A stretch of DNA of 64,000 nt from assembly GCF_009914755.1 (NCBI RefSeq), contig NC_060925.1. One strand, written 5' to 3'. The DNA is from the human T2T-CHM13v2.0 reference genome, Homo sapiens. The position numbers were made by a program, and so were the translations under genes. Under the pieces are notes generated by a model, which saw only the letters and a list, made by a program, of their open reading frames with translations, had not been told where the DNA came from and did not search any database. The first letter of the stretch is position 1; each line of letters begins with the position of its first letter. Of this stretch, positions 32,077 through 46,485 are shown in pieces.

Positions 32077-32189
32077 TAGAAGTCTAGCCTCTCTGTGTGG
32101 TCTCCGTTGACACCATGGGGAGGAGGACACCTTGCCACTGGCTCCCTGCTTAGCCTTCCCTGATAGTCCCAACAGGGGAGTTGAGGGGC

Positions 32190-32548
32190 TGACTTAGTTC
32201 ATTTGGGCTGCTGTAACAAAATACCATAAACTGAGTAGCTTATAAAAACAGAAATGTATTTCTCACAGTTCTGAAAGCTGGGAAGTCCAAGATCAAGGCC
32301 CCAGCAGATTGGGTGTCTGGTGAGGGCGCGCCACCTCAGACGGCACTTCCTCTCTCTGTCCTCACGTGATGGAAGGGGCGAGCAGCCTCTCTTGGGCCTC
32401 TTTTATAAGAACACTAATTCCATTCATGAGGGCTCCACCTGCATGACCTAGTCACTTCCCAAAGGCACCACCTCCTAATACCATTCCCTTAGGGGTTAGG
32501 ACTTCAACATATAAACTTAGGGGGCAGCGGGCACAAACATTCAGATGT
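32190..32548. mobile_element. MaLR LTR (MLT1A-like)
   Basis: gggctgctgtaacaaaataccataaactg...tttctcacagttctg...aagtccaagatcaagg. Confidence 0.85.
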
Positions 32549-32865
32549 ACAGATGCCTTGTTCTCTGTGGTGTTTAGAATAGTGAGGTTATTGTCTAAAA
32601 GTGTTTTTCTTGCCAAGCTTCCCATCAGCTTGTCCTTTGGTAGTGAGAGGAGGCTTTTCTTGGGGCTTTTGTTTTTTTTTTACCCTGCTCCACCCCTGTT
32701 GGTATTTCCAGAGTGCTGGCTTCTTCGCCTACAAGTTTGGGATGTATGAGGCAAAAAGAATACAGAATACCCAAGAAGCTCACCAATATGCCATTCCTGG
32801 GGTCCCAACTTTTCTAGCTTGTCTGCCTTCTTCTCTCTGCATTCAGAATTGTCTTATGTTTGTCT

Positions 32866-33170
<305 letters not shown>

Positions 33171-33341
33171 TTTTGTTTGCCTTATATGTGATGACCAGGG
33201 TTTTAGTTGTACATAGCAGGAAGAATAGGGAAAAGTACATCTACTCCATCTTCCCAGAAGCAGATGTTCTATAATTGACTTTTTAAATGGAAAGTTATAA
33301 AATAATTTTTTGTATGCAAGGAGCATTAAAATATTGAAACT

Positions 33342-33670
<329 letters not shown>

Positions 33671-35249
33671 TTAGATGTATAATAATTAGTTCTGTGGTAA
33701 GGTTTTATTTCAAAAAACTAAATTTGAATAACATATTTCTTTTTACAAAATAAAAGCAGATTGCCTTTTTTGTCCACCAAAGCCATGGCTCTAAGGGGGA
33801 AGAAAAAACCTCGCTCATGTTTATGAGAAGTTGGGCTAATAATAAACATGTCCCAAAATGCTTTCCACAAAGTGCTGATTCTGTTGAGCTTTTTAGTTGC
33901 AAGTAACAGAAGCAAGTTCTTAAGCAAAATTGGGCTGTTCCTGGCTTCAGGAAGGTCTGGAACCAGGAGGTCTGGAACCAGGATGGCCCCAGGGTCCTGA
34001 GGAGCGACAACTAATGATTTGCTCAGGCCTCACCTTGGGCTGAAGGGAGTCAACCTTTCTTCAGCCTTTGTGTTTCTCAGTCCAAGATCTGGATCCCAGA
34101 GAAAGAGATTCTGGGCTGCCTGGCTTGGGTCACACTTGGGCCGTGATGTCTAGGGAGGATGGAGCACTGGGAATGACAGTTCCAATAAGACCGTGTCCAA
34201 TGGGGAGGGGGCGGAGGAGAGTCCTCCCCAGCAAAATCAGGGTGTCGTTTATCAGAAGAAAAGGAAAGGATTAAAATGTTAGTCAAGTGAGAGTCATAGA
34301 TGTTTACTCCAGATGCTGATGGCTGGATTCCAGGTTAAGAGTTCTAGAGCCAAATGAGTTTGAGAACCTGAGTTAGACAAGGAGAAACTCCCCTGAGAGC
34401 CTCTAACATGCTCTGGGGGCCTCCCAGCAGTGGGTAGAGGATGCATTGCCTTTAACTACATGGTGCTTTTCTTGCCTTGGCACCCCATTAGCATCTCTGG
34501 GAACTCAGCTGGGGAAACCCTGGCTGGGCAGGTCTCCAGCGAGCCTTTTAGCTCTGAGATCCTGTCATCCTACAGGAAGGACGTGTTCTGCCTGCAGGTG
34601 GCTTTATTCTGTCTTGCTGCTCATCGGGTGAGTCAAAATCAGTTCCCAGCTCTGACCTTTTCCAGGTGGGGGACACATCTCAGGTGTGGTGAGGTTGTGG
34701 CAGAGCTGGGACTAGACTGGGGTCCCCTGGCTCCACATCTTTCCCTTCTGTGGCAGCGCTGAGCCTTGTTGGGAGAGAAGTTAAGGACAGCTATCCGTAG
34801 TGATTTCAGTTGGTGGGCCTCCCTCTCGGTCCTCCTGCCCTCTCCCGTCCCTGGCCAACTGCCCCTTCTCAGGGAAGACCTGCCCTCAGCTCTCTAAGCC
34901 CCGCGATCTAGGAGAGGGCAGGGGGGAGGGTTGACTTCACTGTTACTGCTGACTGTGTCCTGAGGGGGAAGCCTCGGCCAGCTCTGGCCACTGCGGGGCA
35001 GCTTGCTAATTATCTGTCTTTCCAGATGGACTGAACATATGACAGTGAGGACTGTTTGTCTTGTTAACTGCCGATTCCCTAGGGCCTGTCCCCCGCCTTA
35101 AAGAATGGGCAGGATTTCACCAGGGAGGGGAACCAGGCGGGGTTGGGAAGAGAACATGCTGGGAAGGAGGTTGCAGCATTGGCCAGCATAGAGCATTCCT
35201 TGGTGTTCAGTGGTGGAATATGGATGGAGGGTGTGTTGGGGACTTGCTA

Positions 35250-35900
35250 TAGTGTGGTTTAATGCTAGTACACTTTGACCCAGCAATTCCACTTACAAGA
35301 ATTTGTCCCAAGGGACTAATCCATACAAACGCACAAAAATGTGTGCACTAGGCTATTCAATCACAGCATTGTTTTTTTAAAAGGAAACATAATAGACACG
35401 GGAGACTCCAAAACGGGTAGGGGTGGGGGTGAGAGTTGAAAAATTACCGATTGGGTACTGTGTTCACTTATTTGGGTGATGGGTTCACTAGAAACCCAAA
35501 CCTCAGCATTACACAATTTACCCATGTAACACACCTGCCCATTTACCCCGACTCTAAAATAAAGTTAAATGAAAAATTAATAATAAAGGAAACAGCCTAA
35601 ATATCCAGTAATAGCAAAGCAATGATATAAAATATGGCACATCCAAAAATAATGAGTTATTTGACATTTAATAAAAATGACAAATTAGGTATGCCTGACA
35701 GGGAAATGTGCTCACAATATGTTAAGTAAAAAAACAGATTATAAAACAGATGGTAATCTTATTTTTATAAAGTAAATTAACATTTCCATTGATATGTAAA
35801 TTTATGGACAGAAAAATGTTTGCAGGAATAAGAACCAAAATGTTTATAGTCATTATCTCTGGGTTATAGAATTAAAAGTGACTTTTCTATTATGGTGGTG
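35250..35900 (+). mobile_element. Old L1 3'-end fragments
   Basis: tttgacccagcaattccactt; gggtgatgggttcactagaaacccaaacctcagcattacacaatttacccatgtaacacacctgc. Confidence 0.7.
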
Positions 35901-36542
35901 TTGTTATTGTTATTTTTTTCATTTTTTTCTCATGCTACCTTGTCTAAGATATTATTATTTTTATCTATATATATTTCCTATTTAGTCTACAATGAATATA
36001 TGTTTGGTAATCATTTTAGAAAGTACAAAATTCCGTGCCAGGTAGTCTGAACCTAACTCATAGGTGATGTAAATTAACTTTTTATAAATTGAGTAATTGA
36101 CAATGCCCTAAGCAAGTGAGCCAGTTAAAAGAGTTTCATTGAAACCCTCTGGGAAATTGAAGACACTATTGACAAGATAGCAAAAAGTATTCTCTGGCCT
36201 ATATTTCTCTTGTAAATTCTGATTTTGGAATGTTGCTTTTCTGCACAAGATGGTGGCAAGTTAATACTTTAAAGGGAATAGCACAGCAGGTTTAGACCTT
36301 GTCAGGTCAGTGTGATCGGGCCACCAAAGTATCCAATTCAGGGCAGCATTTTGTAAACCAGCAAAGCAGCCAGATTAACCTTCAGTAGTAACATTCCAGT
36401 TGTGGGTCTGGAGTGTGGCTTTGTCACTGATATTGTTTTTCTGGTTTTGTTTTGGGGCAGCAAATGGTTGAGTGTCAGAAGTGTCCTGGGGCCCCCTGGC
36501 TTGTGCCCAAATCATGTCCACTCCTGTGAACTTTCCTTACAG

Positions 36543-36611
36543 GAAAACCTGATTGGCGCCCTCTTGGCGATCTTCGGGCACCTCGTGGTCAGCATTGCAC
36601 TTAACCTCCAG
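36543..36611 (+). CDS. NIPAL3: NIPAL3 exon 3 (ENLIGALLAIFGHLVVSIALNLQ)
   Basis: ctttccttacAG| ... CAG|GTAAGT; 69 nt, phase 0-0; first TM helix. Confidence 0.97.
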
Positions 36612-37089
36612 GTAAGTTTCAGTTACCAGCACTGTCTGGGGACAGAGACACAGCAGACAAGTCAGGGTGTCTTATCCAGGTCCAGCTGCCTCCTCTCTGC
36701 AGGGCCTTGCCTACTGCATCCCTGGGCTGCACCTGGGACAATACCTTGTGGGCCGTTCCAGGATTTCTCTTGATTCAGTGGCCCCACTCCATCCCGCCCT
36801 CGCCCTCCTAGCCAGGTCCTCACTGTCTCTCCTTGGGCTTTGCAGTGACCTCCTGCTAGCTTCTCTGGCTCTGGTCTCATCCCTCTTTGCCTTGCTGCAA
36901 AGCTGCTGGAATTACCATAGTTTTGTCAAATTCAACTCTAATTACAGCACTGTTCATTACTTAAAAGCCTCAGGGATGCCCTCTACAGCTGCTGTGGATC
37001 CCCCCACTGACCTCCAAATCCCCTCGGCCTGTCTGAGTTCACAAGCAGCTGTGGTGTGTAGCAAGTTGATAGCTAATGAGCTTCTCATG

Positions 37090-37460
37090 GGGGCACCAAG
37101 GAGCTGGTGTTACTGGCATGCAGGCACAGTTGGGGTGTGCACTGGGGGAGCAGGACGTTAATGCCCCTGGAGGCTGCCTTCTGCCAGCAGGGGTGGGAGG
37201 CAGGGAATAAATGCCCCAGGCTCTTATCCTCTGCTAGGATGATTCTAAGGTGAGATTCACAGGGTTTTTCAGAGGGTCCCCTGTGGGACTGAGTCCCAGT
37301 TGCCCATGGGACTAATCCGCTCATGAATGCACCTTTCATCTCTGTTCCCTGCCTCACTTTCCCCTTCCCTTACTCGTGCTCCCTGGAATTATCTCATACA
37401 GACTACCTGCTCCCACATTCTTGTCTCAGGGACTGCTTCTGGGAAACCCAGATAAGACTT
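37090..37460 (+). mobile_element. ERVL LTR (LTR16-like)
   Basis: 3' end ctacctgctcccacattcttgtctcagggactgcttctgggaaacccagataagac is typical of the LTR16 group. Confidence 0.55.
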
Positions 37461-38425
37461 GGTACCTGCTAACAGGATGAATCCCACAGCACACTGGCCG
37501 GCTTCACTCCACCAGCACTGCCCAGCTTCTGCCTGCAGTGAACTGCTCTCCCTCCCTGGAGCAGGCAGGAGACTGTGATCCCTGTGGGCACACACTTGTG
37601 CCTTGTTCACCTGTACTCTATGCATCTCAGCTCTGGGATGTGTATGTTTCTGTGTGTCGCTGAGACCACGTGGTCTCTTAGCTACTTGTCTGGTTCATTC
37701 TCTTCTTTCTCCAGGGCAGCATCTCTGGTTGTTTATCTGCTTCTGGGCAGCCCACATCATGATCCTCCCCAAATGGCAGACTTGGCCCTCTAAGTCAACA
37801 TGACTTTCTAGCCTGCTTTAGTTACTGCTTCAGTTTCGATGTCCCAGGTTCACATTTCCCCCCAAAAAAGAATATTGACCATGCTTGAGCCACGTATCCA
37901 CCCCAGGGAGAGCAAGGCCCACTGATACCCACACAACTGCCCAGCGAGAGCTGCTGGCATGTAGACAGGAAGGAGTGTGCCGAACACACAGTCATCCAAA
38001 CGTGGGGAATCCTGGAAACTGCAGAGAGAGGGAGGAGGTCGACCCAAGGGCCAGGCCAAGTGGGATCTTTAGACTATGGCTCCCACCCTGAGACTGCATT
38101 GCCTGTGACGTGCATTAGAAATGCCTGTTTTCAGGCTCATCCACACCTCTCCGAGACTGACTCAGGATGAGGCCCAGGTGGGTATTTTGACAGAGCTTCT
38201 CAGGGGATTATAAGGATTCCCAGCCTGTTGGAGAGCTACTGTCCTAGAATTTAGATCTAGTATTTAGATCCCCACTGTCTTACTCTTCTCTGAGTCAGGA
38301 CTCCACAAGAACCTGACAAGTCTTCCCAATTTATTTGCAAGTTGGGGGTGGATTTAGGGTACCTACATCATAGCATTTTTTTCCCCAAACATCTGAGCAA
38401 ATTGCATTATTTCTCGGGTTTCTAG

Positions 38426-38644
<219 letters not shown>

Positions 38645-39039
38645 TGACCAGAGTGCCACCGCCAGGATCAAAGGTGCCCATTGAACAAACCAGCTTTAGC
38701 TTGGATAATAATAGCCTAATACAAAGGGCTTCAGACACACCAGGCCCTGTAAGTGCTTACAGATATTAATTCTGCTAATCCTCCAGCCACCTGTTGAGGG
38801 AGATGTTGTTGTTATCCCCATTTAACAGATGAGGAAACTGAGGCACGGGGTAATGAAATTACTTTCCCCAAATGACACAGCTAGTGAGTAACAGGGCTGG
38901 GATATGAACTGGGCTGTCTGGCTCCAGGTTCTGTTTAAGATTCAGAAGGCTTATTAGAATTGCTTTTTATTTCTAAAAGAAGAAGGAAGATAAACCTTAA
39001 CCCATGCATCTTTTCACCATCAAGATACATTAAGCTTGT

Positions 39040-39352
<313 letters not shown>

Positions 39353-41556
39353 ATTAAGCTTTTGTAGGGTTTGGGGCCAGGCCAGGCTGGTCTCAAATTC
39401 TTGAGCTCAAACTATCTGCCTGCCTTTCCTCCCAAAGTGCTGGGACTACAATTGTAAGCCACCACACTGGCCATTAACTTTCTCATCTGCCAGCTTTCTG
39501 TGATTTCTGTAATCACTGAACCAGTGTTTCAGAACATTTGAACCAACTAAAAGACAAGGGAGCTTTAATGTTCATGAGAACACAAGCAAAACAGAATTAG
39601 AAAAAAAAAATTCTTCTTAAAGAAAAGATGTTAGTAGATTAGTGAACAATAGCTTTTTTTGTGTGCATAGCAGCCAGGACAATGAACTTGCTTTGAAATA
39701 TTTCTTTCCATTTTGCTGGCAAGCACTACTCTGCCCAGATGCTCTGCTCTGCTCTTAAAGGAGAAAGTCATATTTTGGGTCTTATTCCTCCTTGAGTTAA
39801 GAGGTTCTCTTCTATGCAAGGGATGGCAGATGCATGGTAACTATGTGCCCCTCCCTTGCTGTGCTCAAGGCAGACATCGTTAATCAATCATGGCATTCCT
39901 TCCTAGAGAGCATAGATGGGGCCTCAGAATTCTCAGTGCTTCCAACAGTCACTACCAATCACCAGGAGTTGGCAAGGGAGCAGAAACCTATTTACTTTCC
40001 CTGATCCTGTTATAAGTCCCGGTTTTTCCTAACCAGGGTTGCTGAACTGGCAGCTTGCAAAGTGAATGAGGTCCTCAGACATGGTGTGTGTTTTTTCCCA
40101 CACAGTACTTTTTTAATGTAATTTGAATGTCTTTAGCTGAGGCAAGTAGTTTGCCAGAGTCTCAGCCTTTCCCTGTTGTCTTACTTCCAGACCATTTTCT
40201 ATATTTGTGTTCTGTTACTCCCCAGCCCCTGTATGTGATCATACCTGTAGCCTTATCACTCTGCTCTGCCCACTGCAGGTATCTCCAAAGGGCTCCCAAA
40301 CCTTTTTCACAATGAGAAATAAGTGTCTAAGTGACTGCTGCTTTAAATATTAGTCTTCGAATTTTAATAAGGTTCAAATAACCAAATTCTTTTTTTTTTT
40401 TTAAAGAGGCCAAGTTATAATGATAAAACTTCAGATATCAGCCACTGGAAATGAAGGGGCCCTATAGCTTCTGAGTTCATCCAGTGAGGAGTAATATTAA
40501 AAATAATAATGATTATCACTTATTGGATATCTATGACTTAACCATCACTGCTCCAGGTACTTTTAGTAATAATATTAGCTTAGTTATTGAGATTGACTGT
40601 GTGCCAAATGACTTACATATATCATTGAATTACCCCTATCATTCAGAAAAGTAATTTTCAATGGTGGGCTGGTAAACCACCTCTCAGAGAGACAAAGGAG
40701 AAGAAAAAGAAGAGGAGATGGAGGGATGGAGAAAGGGGATGGAAAAGTGGAAAGGAGAAAAGGAAGACCTGATTTGTAGCGCTTGCCAGTTTATATGGTA
40801 TAGACATTATCACTCCCACTGTGGCTGATTTCAAGCTACGGATGGTTTTCTGAATATTTAACAAAATATTTAACATTCTATGAGCTGGTGCCAGCTGGAT
40901 CTAACACCGTATTTCATAGACTAGAGAACTGAGACTCAGGTGAAGTGACATATCCAAGGACACACAGCCAGAAGAGGCAGAACTAGGGTAGTGAGTGATC
41001 CAGGTCTGTTCACAGTGACTGCCAGCCCTATCCTTTCGGGCAGTCCCAAGGGCGTTTGAGTACATCTGTGAACGTGTAAGAGCCAGGGAGAGGAAAGAGC
41101 CGGGGGAAATGTCAGAGGTGGGTGTTACAGTGGAAGAAGTAAGAGCCTGGCCTCCTGCAGTCCTGGGTTCAAGTCTTGCCTTCCCCTACCACCTTCATGA
41201 TCTCGAGTGGGCCCTTTACCTCTCTCAGCTTCAGTGTCCCCATTTGTCAAATAGGAATAATGAGAGTACCCACCTCCAAGGGTGAACATGCCAGAAATAA
41301 CTTGTGTAAATTGCCTGTCACACAGCAGGTACTCAATGCTTCTAGCCTTGTAGGAAATCCTCAGGAAGGAAGGCTCCTCTCTGAGCCTCCCTTTCCTAGA
41401 TGGAATCACACAGGAACCAAGCTTTTGGCAGCATGAGTGACAGGTTAGGAAGTACCAAGCTCCAATGCAAAGAAGCCACCCAGAGGGCATGGGTGAAGGG
41501 ATGCCCTTTAGCTGACAGCAGCCTCAATTCCCTTTTCTTTGTGCTTCATTTTTCAG

Positions 41557-41616
41557 CTAGTGCCATCATAGGAATCATATTCATCAAGGAAAAGTGGAAA
41601 CCGAAAGACTTTCTGA
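41557..41616 (+). CDS. NIPAL3: NIPAL3 exon 5 (ASAIIGIIFIKEKWKPKDFL)
   Basis: ttcatttttcAG| ... TGA|GTAAGT; 60 nt, phase 1-1. Confidence 0.97.
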
Positions 41617-42439
41617 GTAAGTTCAGTGATTTGAGCTGTGTCCTTGATTTTATATGAACGCTTTTTATTAATTGTAAAACCAGTTCACTCTAATTCAGAG
41701 GTTATCTGCCTCCTGCTGTCCTCTGTGGTTCTATGTTCTGCCCTCAACAGGCTCCTGAGAGCTGGATTTTTTAATCAGGGGTTCTCAAGCCTGGCCACAC
41801 CTCAGAATCATCGGTGAGGCTTTTAAAAATGGACTTTTATCCACCCCATTGGATCAATTTTGAGCATCTATTATTGGGATTTTAGGAGGCCTAAGAAAAG
41901 AAACCCTCTCTCCCTGACTGAGTTCTAAAGCAATGGGAGTCAAACACAGATGATCAGAAGTCATGCCTTACTCCTAATAAAAGCTAGATTAGAGCATTTT
42001 AGGTGAGCTAGATTAAAGCATAAAGCTGCTTAGGTGAGCAGCCAAGGGAATGTCCTTGTACTCTCCCCACAGGACCCTCCAGCTCCCAGTCAGACCTTGG
42101 GCGGGTCCCCCCAAGAAACACTTGGGTTTACAGAGTGGAGACACTTAGCCAGAATTATTGCCTCACATAGTTTGGGCCAGAGAAGGAAGAAAAAAGATCA
42201 AAGCCCCAGTATTTAATTTTTTTATTTTTTTAAGAAGATTAGCTCCACCTAAGTTGAGAAATGTAGACCAATAGGGCAAGAGGCAGAAGTGTCACTTTAA
42301 TGGAGGTCCCTCCACATGGAAACCCAAGAAGTGGGGAAGAAGCGTTCCCCACAAAACACCTACTAAGTCCCATGTTGTGTTATAGGTGCTGGGAATACAG
42401 CAGTAGGATAGATGGGGCTTCTGCTCACAGAGATTATAG

Positions 42440-42441
<2 letters not shown>

Positions 42442-42472
<31 letters not shown>
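42442..42472. repeat. (GT)n microsatellite
   Basis: About 15 perfect GT units. Confidence 0.95.
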
Positions 42473-42474
<2 letters not shown>

Positions 42475-42629
42475 GTGGGAGGGGAGAGATACAATAAACA
42501 AGCAACTAAATGAAATAATTTTAGGTTGTAGTGAGTTTTTCAGAGAAAATTGAATGCTTTCGGGGACTGGGGAGATGGGAACACTTTCCTAGACTGATCA
42601 GGGTCAGACTCTCTGAGGAGGTGATTTTT

Positions 42630-43247
42630 CCCCCCAACTTTTAATTTAATTTCAGGGGTACATGTGCAGGATGTGCAGGTTTGTTACATAGGGCAACATG
42701 TGCCATGGTGGTTTGCTGCACAGATCATCCCATCACCTAGGTATTAAGCCCAGCATCCATTAGCTATTCTTCCCAATGGTCTCCCTCCCCCAAACCCCCA
42801 CCCTCCAACAAGCCCCAGTGTGTGTTGTTCCCCCACCATGTGTCCATGTGTTCTCATCATTCAGCTCCCACTTAAAGTGAGGACATGCAGTATTTGGTTT
42901 TCTGTTCCTGCATTAGTTTGCTGAGAATAATGGCTTCCACCTCCATCCATGTCCCTGCAAAGGATACGATATCATTTTTTTTGGCTGCATAGTATTCCAT
43001 GGTGTATACGTACCACATTTTCTTTATCCCTCTGTCATTGATAGGCATTTAGGTTGATTCTATGTCTTTGCTATCGTGAATGTGCTGCAGTGAACATATG
43101 TGCACATGTATCTTTATAATAGAACAATTTATGTTCCTTTGGGTATATACCCAGTTAATGGGATTGCTGGGTCAAATGGTATTTCTACCTCTAGGACTTT
43201 GAGGAATCACCACACTGTCTTCCACAATCGTTGAACTAATTTACACA
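42630..43247 (-). mobile_element. 5'-truncated L1PA 3' end with 14-bp TSD
   Basis: ggggtacatgtgcaggatgtgcaggtttgttacataggg...; TSD AGGAGGTGATTTTT at 42616-42629 and 43248-43261. Confidence 0.92.
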
Positions 43248-44964
43248 AGGAGGTGATTTTTAAGCCCAGATCCAGGTGATACTAAGGAGATTGCCATCCC
43301 CAGGTCTGTGGGCCGGGTTTTCCACATACCAGGAGCCACAGGTGCAAAGGATCCAAGGCAGGAACAAGCTTGGTTTGTCCAAGTCTCGGTAAGGCTGTGT
43401 AGCCAGAGGGTAATGAATAAAGTGAGAGGGAGATCAGTGAGACATGGAGGACTGGCTGATGTGTAGGCCTTATGTGCCATACTGAGGAGTTGAGGAGTGA
43501 CGTGATGGTGGCCCAAGCTCTGTCCTCAGAGATTCTGCGCTCTGGGCTGGGGCCGGGGCCGGGGCATTGGCATTCTTATAGAGCTTCCCAGGGTGAAGTG
43601 TATACTGATGCCTGCAAATCACTTTGAAATGCATCAAAAATAAGATGAATTAATGCATGGATAGAGAGATGGATAGATATGTGAGAAAACAAGTATAATG
43701 AAAGGTCAGTTTAGAATCTGGCTGTTGGGACTATGGGTACTCACTATACAACTTTTTGAACTTTAATATATGTCTGAAAAATTTTAAAACAGAACTTCAG
43801 GGAGAGAAAATTTCCAAGATGTTGTGGATATACAGCCAAGTTTGGGGACCACTCTGAATCATTGATATAGAATAAGATCAAGGTGGGACCAAGAGGCCAA
43901 AAAAGAAAAGAATTTTACTCTAAAAAAAAAAGCAGAACTTTGCCAAAAGAAAAAAGTAGAGACTTTGGAGCTACTGCCAAGAAGACCAAATGACAGACTG
44001 AATTTCAATAGTCTTAATGATGGGGCACGGGGGTTAGGGCTGGTTCTAAGACCACTATAGAAGTTTGCATCCCTTTGGGAATACTCTAGGTAATCCTAGG
44101 ATGAGAGCCGTGCTAGTCCAAGCAGTGCCCTGTGTGACTTGGAAAAAGAAGGCCCCTCTGGGCATCTGTAGTTTTGTAGGCACAAGCCTTGATGAGCAGA
44201 CCATGGGCTGGATTTTAGCCCATCTCACCTATTGAGCCAGGTGCCCTTGTGCAGTGAGCAACCTGCACAGCTGAATATGGCTGTTTTACCTGGAGTTCCA
44301 TTACATTCAGCAAACATTCACTCAGTGCTAGACCTGTGTTGGACGCTGCAGGTGTGGAGATGAGTAAGACCCATCCCTGCCTGAAGAAAACTTTAGATAA
44401 CAGACCTACTTTATTGAGTTTAACCGTGGCTCATTCATTCATTGAACAATTGAACAACCGTTTTTTGAGCACCTCCTACATTTACGAGGCCTAGTACTGA
44501 GAATAAAGATAAAAGACATTTAACATGGTATCACATTTTCTCTAGACAGTGGGATGAAATAGGCAAAGTTAGTTCTATCCCAGAAAAGTCCAGAGGCCTG
44601 TGGTCACCATAAGTGTGTCTTAGAACTCTCAGCCATTTTTTGGCTGCCTTGGGCTGGGCCGGACCTTGGAGGCTTTTCACCAACCTTACAGAGTTCAATA
44701 GGAGTGTGACAAGACTCCAGGGGAGAGATAAGAGCCATGCCACCTGGACCACTAACAGTTCTCTGACAGGTCTGTGGCGTAGAATATTGATAGTAATTAT
44801 ATAGTTATTATATAGTTCCCTTGGCGTTAGGTTAAATAGCCAGTTGAGAAAGGATGAGGTAATTTTTAAAAGGTACGTGTTGAGCTCTGAAGGTTTGCCT
44901 TTATGTTTTATTTTATTTGTTTTTTTAGTTTGCCCATAAAGTGATTTTAGCTTTAAAATGTTAC

Positions 44965-45650
44965 CTGTAAAATGCACATTAAAATCACAGTGCAATACCA
45001 TCATGGCTAAAATGAAAAAGACAAAATGTAAGTGTTGACAAGAATGTAACTAGAACTGTCTTACTCTACTGGTGGGAGTGTAAATTGGTACAGCCACTGG
45101 GGAAAAACATTTGACACTAACTACCAAACTGAACATCCACATATCCTATGGAGGAATTCCACCTCTCATTTTATACTCAACAGAAATGCATACATGTGTT
45201 TCTCAAATGACATGTACGAGAATGTTCACAGCAACATTATTTTTTATAACTCCAGGCTGGAGACTCCTCAAAAGCCCCCCAGCAGTAGAATGGATAAATT
45301 GTGTTGTATTCACACAGTGGACCACTGTACACAGTGAGAACGAATGAACTGCCACTGTGCCCCACAACGCAGACGAATCTCAGAAACATCATGCTGAGTC
45401 AAAAGAGATCACACCGTATGGGTCCATTTGTATAAAGCACAAAGCTAGGCAAAGCCATCAGTGCTGTTACAGGTCAAGATAGTGTAACCCTGAGGGTGGG
45501 GTCTAGTAATCAATTTCACAAATGAGAAATTTCAGTATCTGGCTAATGTTCTCTTTCTCCATCTGGGAGCTGGTTTCATGAGTGTGTTCACTTTGGGAGA
45601 ATTCCTCAAGCACTTTTTGTATGCATGTTATACTTCATTAAAGTTTTTTA
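44965..45650 (+). mobile_element. Old L1 (L1MC/ME-like) 3' fragment
   Basis: aaatgcacattaaaatcacagtgcaataccat...ggtgggagtgtaaattggtacagccact...agaatggataaattgtg. Confidence 0.8.
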
Positions 45651-45827
45651 TTTTTTTACATTAATTGTTTTTTTAACAAAATTAAGGAAAATCATTTATT
45701 TTTTAAAGTAAAGAAAAACCAAAAATACAAACAATACCAGGTCATGGTATGTTGCAGGAGAAGCCTGTTTTTTCATGGCTGAGAACGTGTACTGTATCTT
45801 GGGCCTGTTGTTGCAATGAGTCCGTGA

Positions 45828-46019
<192 letters not shown>

Positions 46020-46181
46020 TGAGATGGCAGGAGGGAGATCAAGTCCTAGAAACCAGAAACGTGAATACCCAGCAATAGGGGATTCCGTGAGTTGCGGCAC
46101 ATTTTACCAGCATGAAAGACCGTGCTTCTGGAGAGTACACAGCTCATGGCGAAATGCTTGTTTCATTTATGTAATATCAAA

Positions 46182-46485
46182 ACTCTACTGGTGGGAGTGT
46201 AAATTGGTACAGCCACTTGGGAAAAACATTTGACACTAATTACCAAATTGAATATCCACATATCCTATGGAGGAATTCCACCCCTCATTTTATACTCAAC
46301 AGAAATGCATACATGTGTTTCTCAAATGACATGTATGAGAATGTTCACAGCAACATTATTTTTTATAACTCCAGGCTGGAGACTCCTCAAGTGCCCCCCA
46401 GCAGTAGAATGGATAAATTGTGTTGTATTCACACAGTGGATCACTGTACACAATGAGAACGAATGAACTGCCACTGTGCCCCACA
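46182..46485 (+). repeat. 304-bp direct copy of 45063-45366, flanked by a 13-bp direct repeat
   Basis: About 10 substitutions and no indels by manual comparison; GTAATATCAAAAC at 46171-46183 and 46488-46500. Confidence 0.95.

Noticed and set aside
36667-37161. 164-aa hydrophobic ORF just after exon 3
   Set aside because: Non-ATG start, runs into an LTR, and the exon 3-4 junction already gives a continuous NIPA domain.
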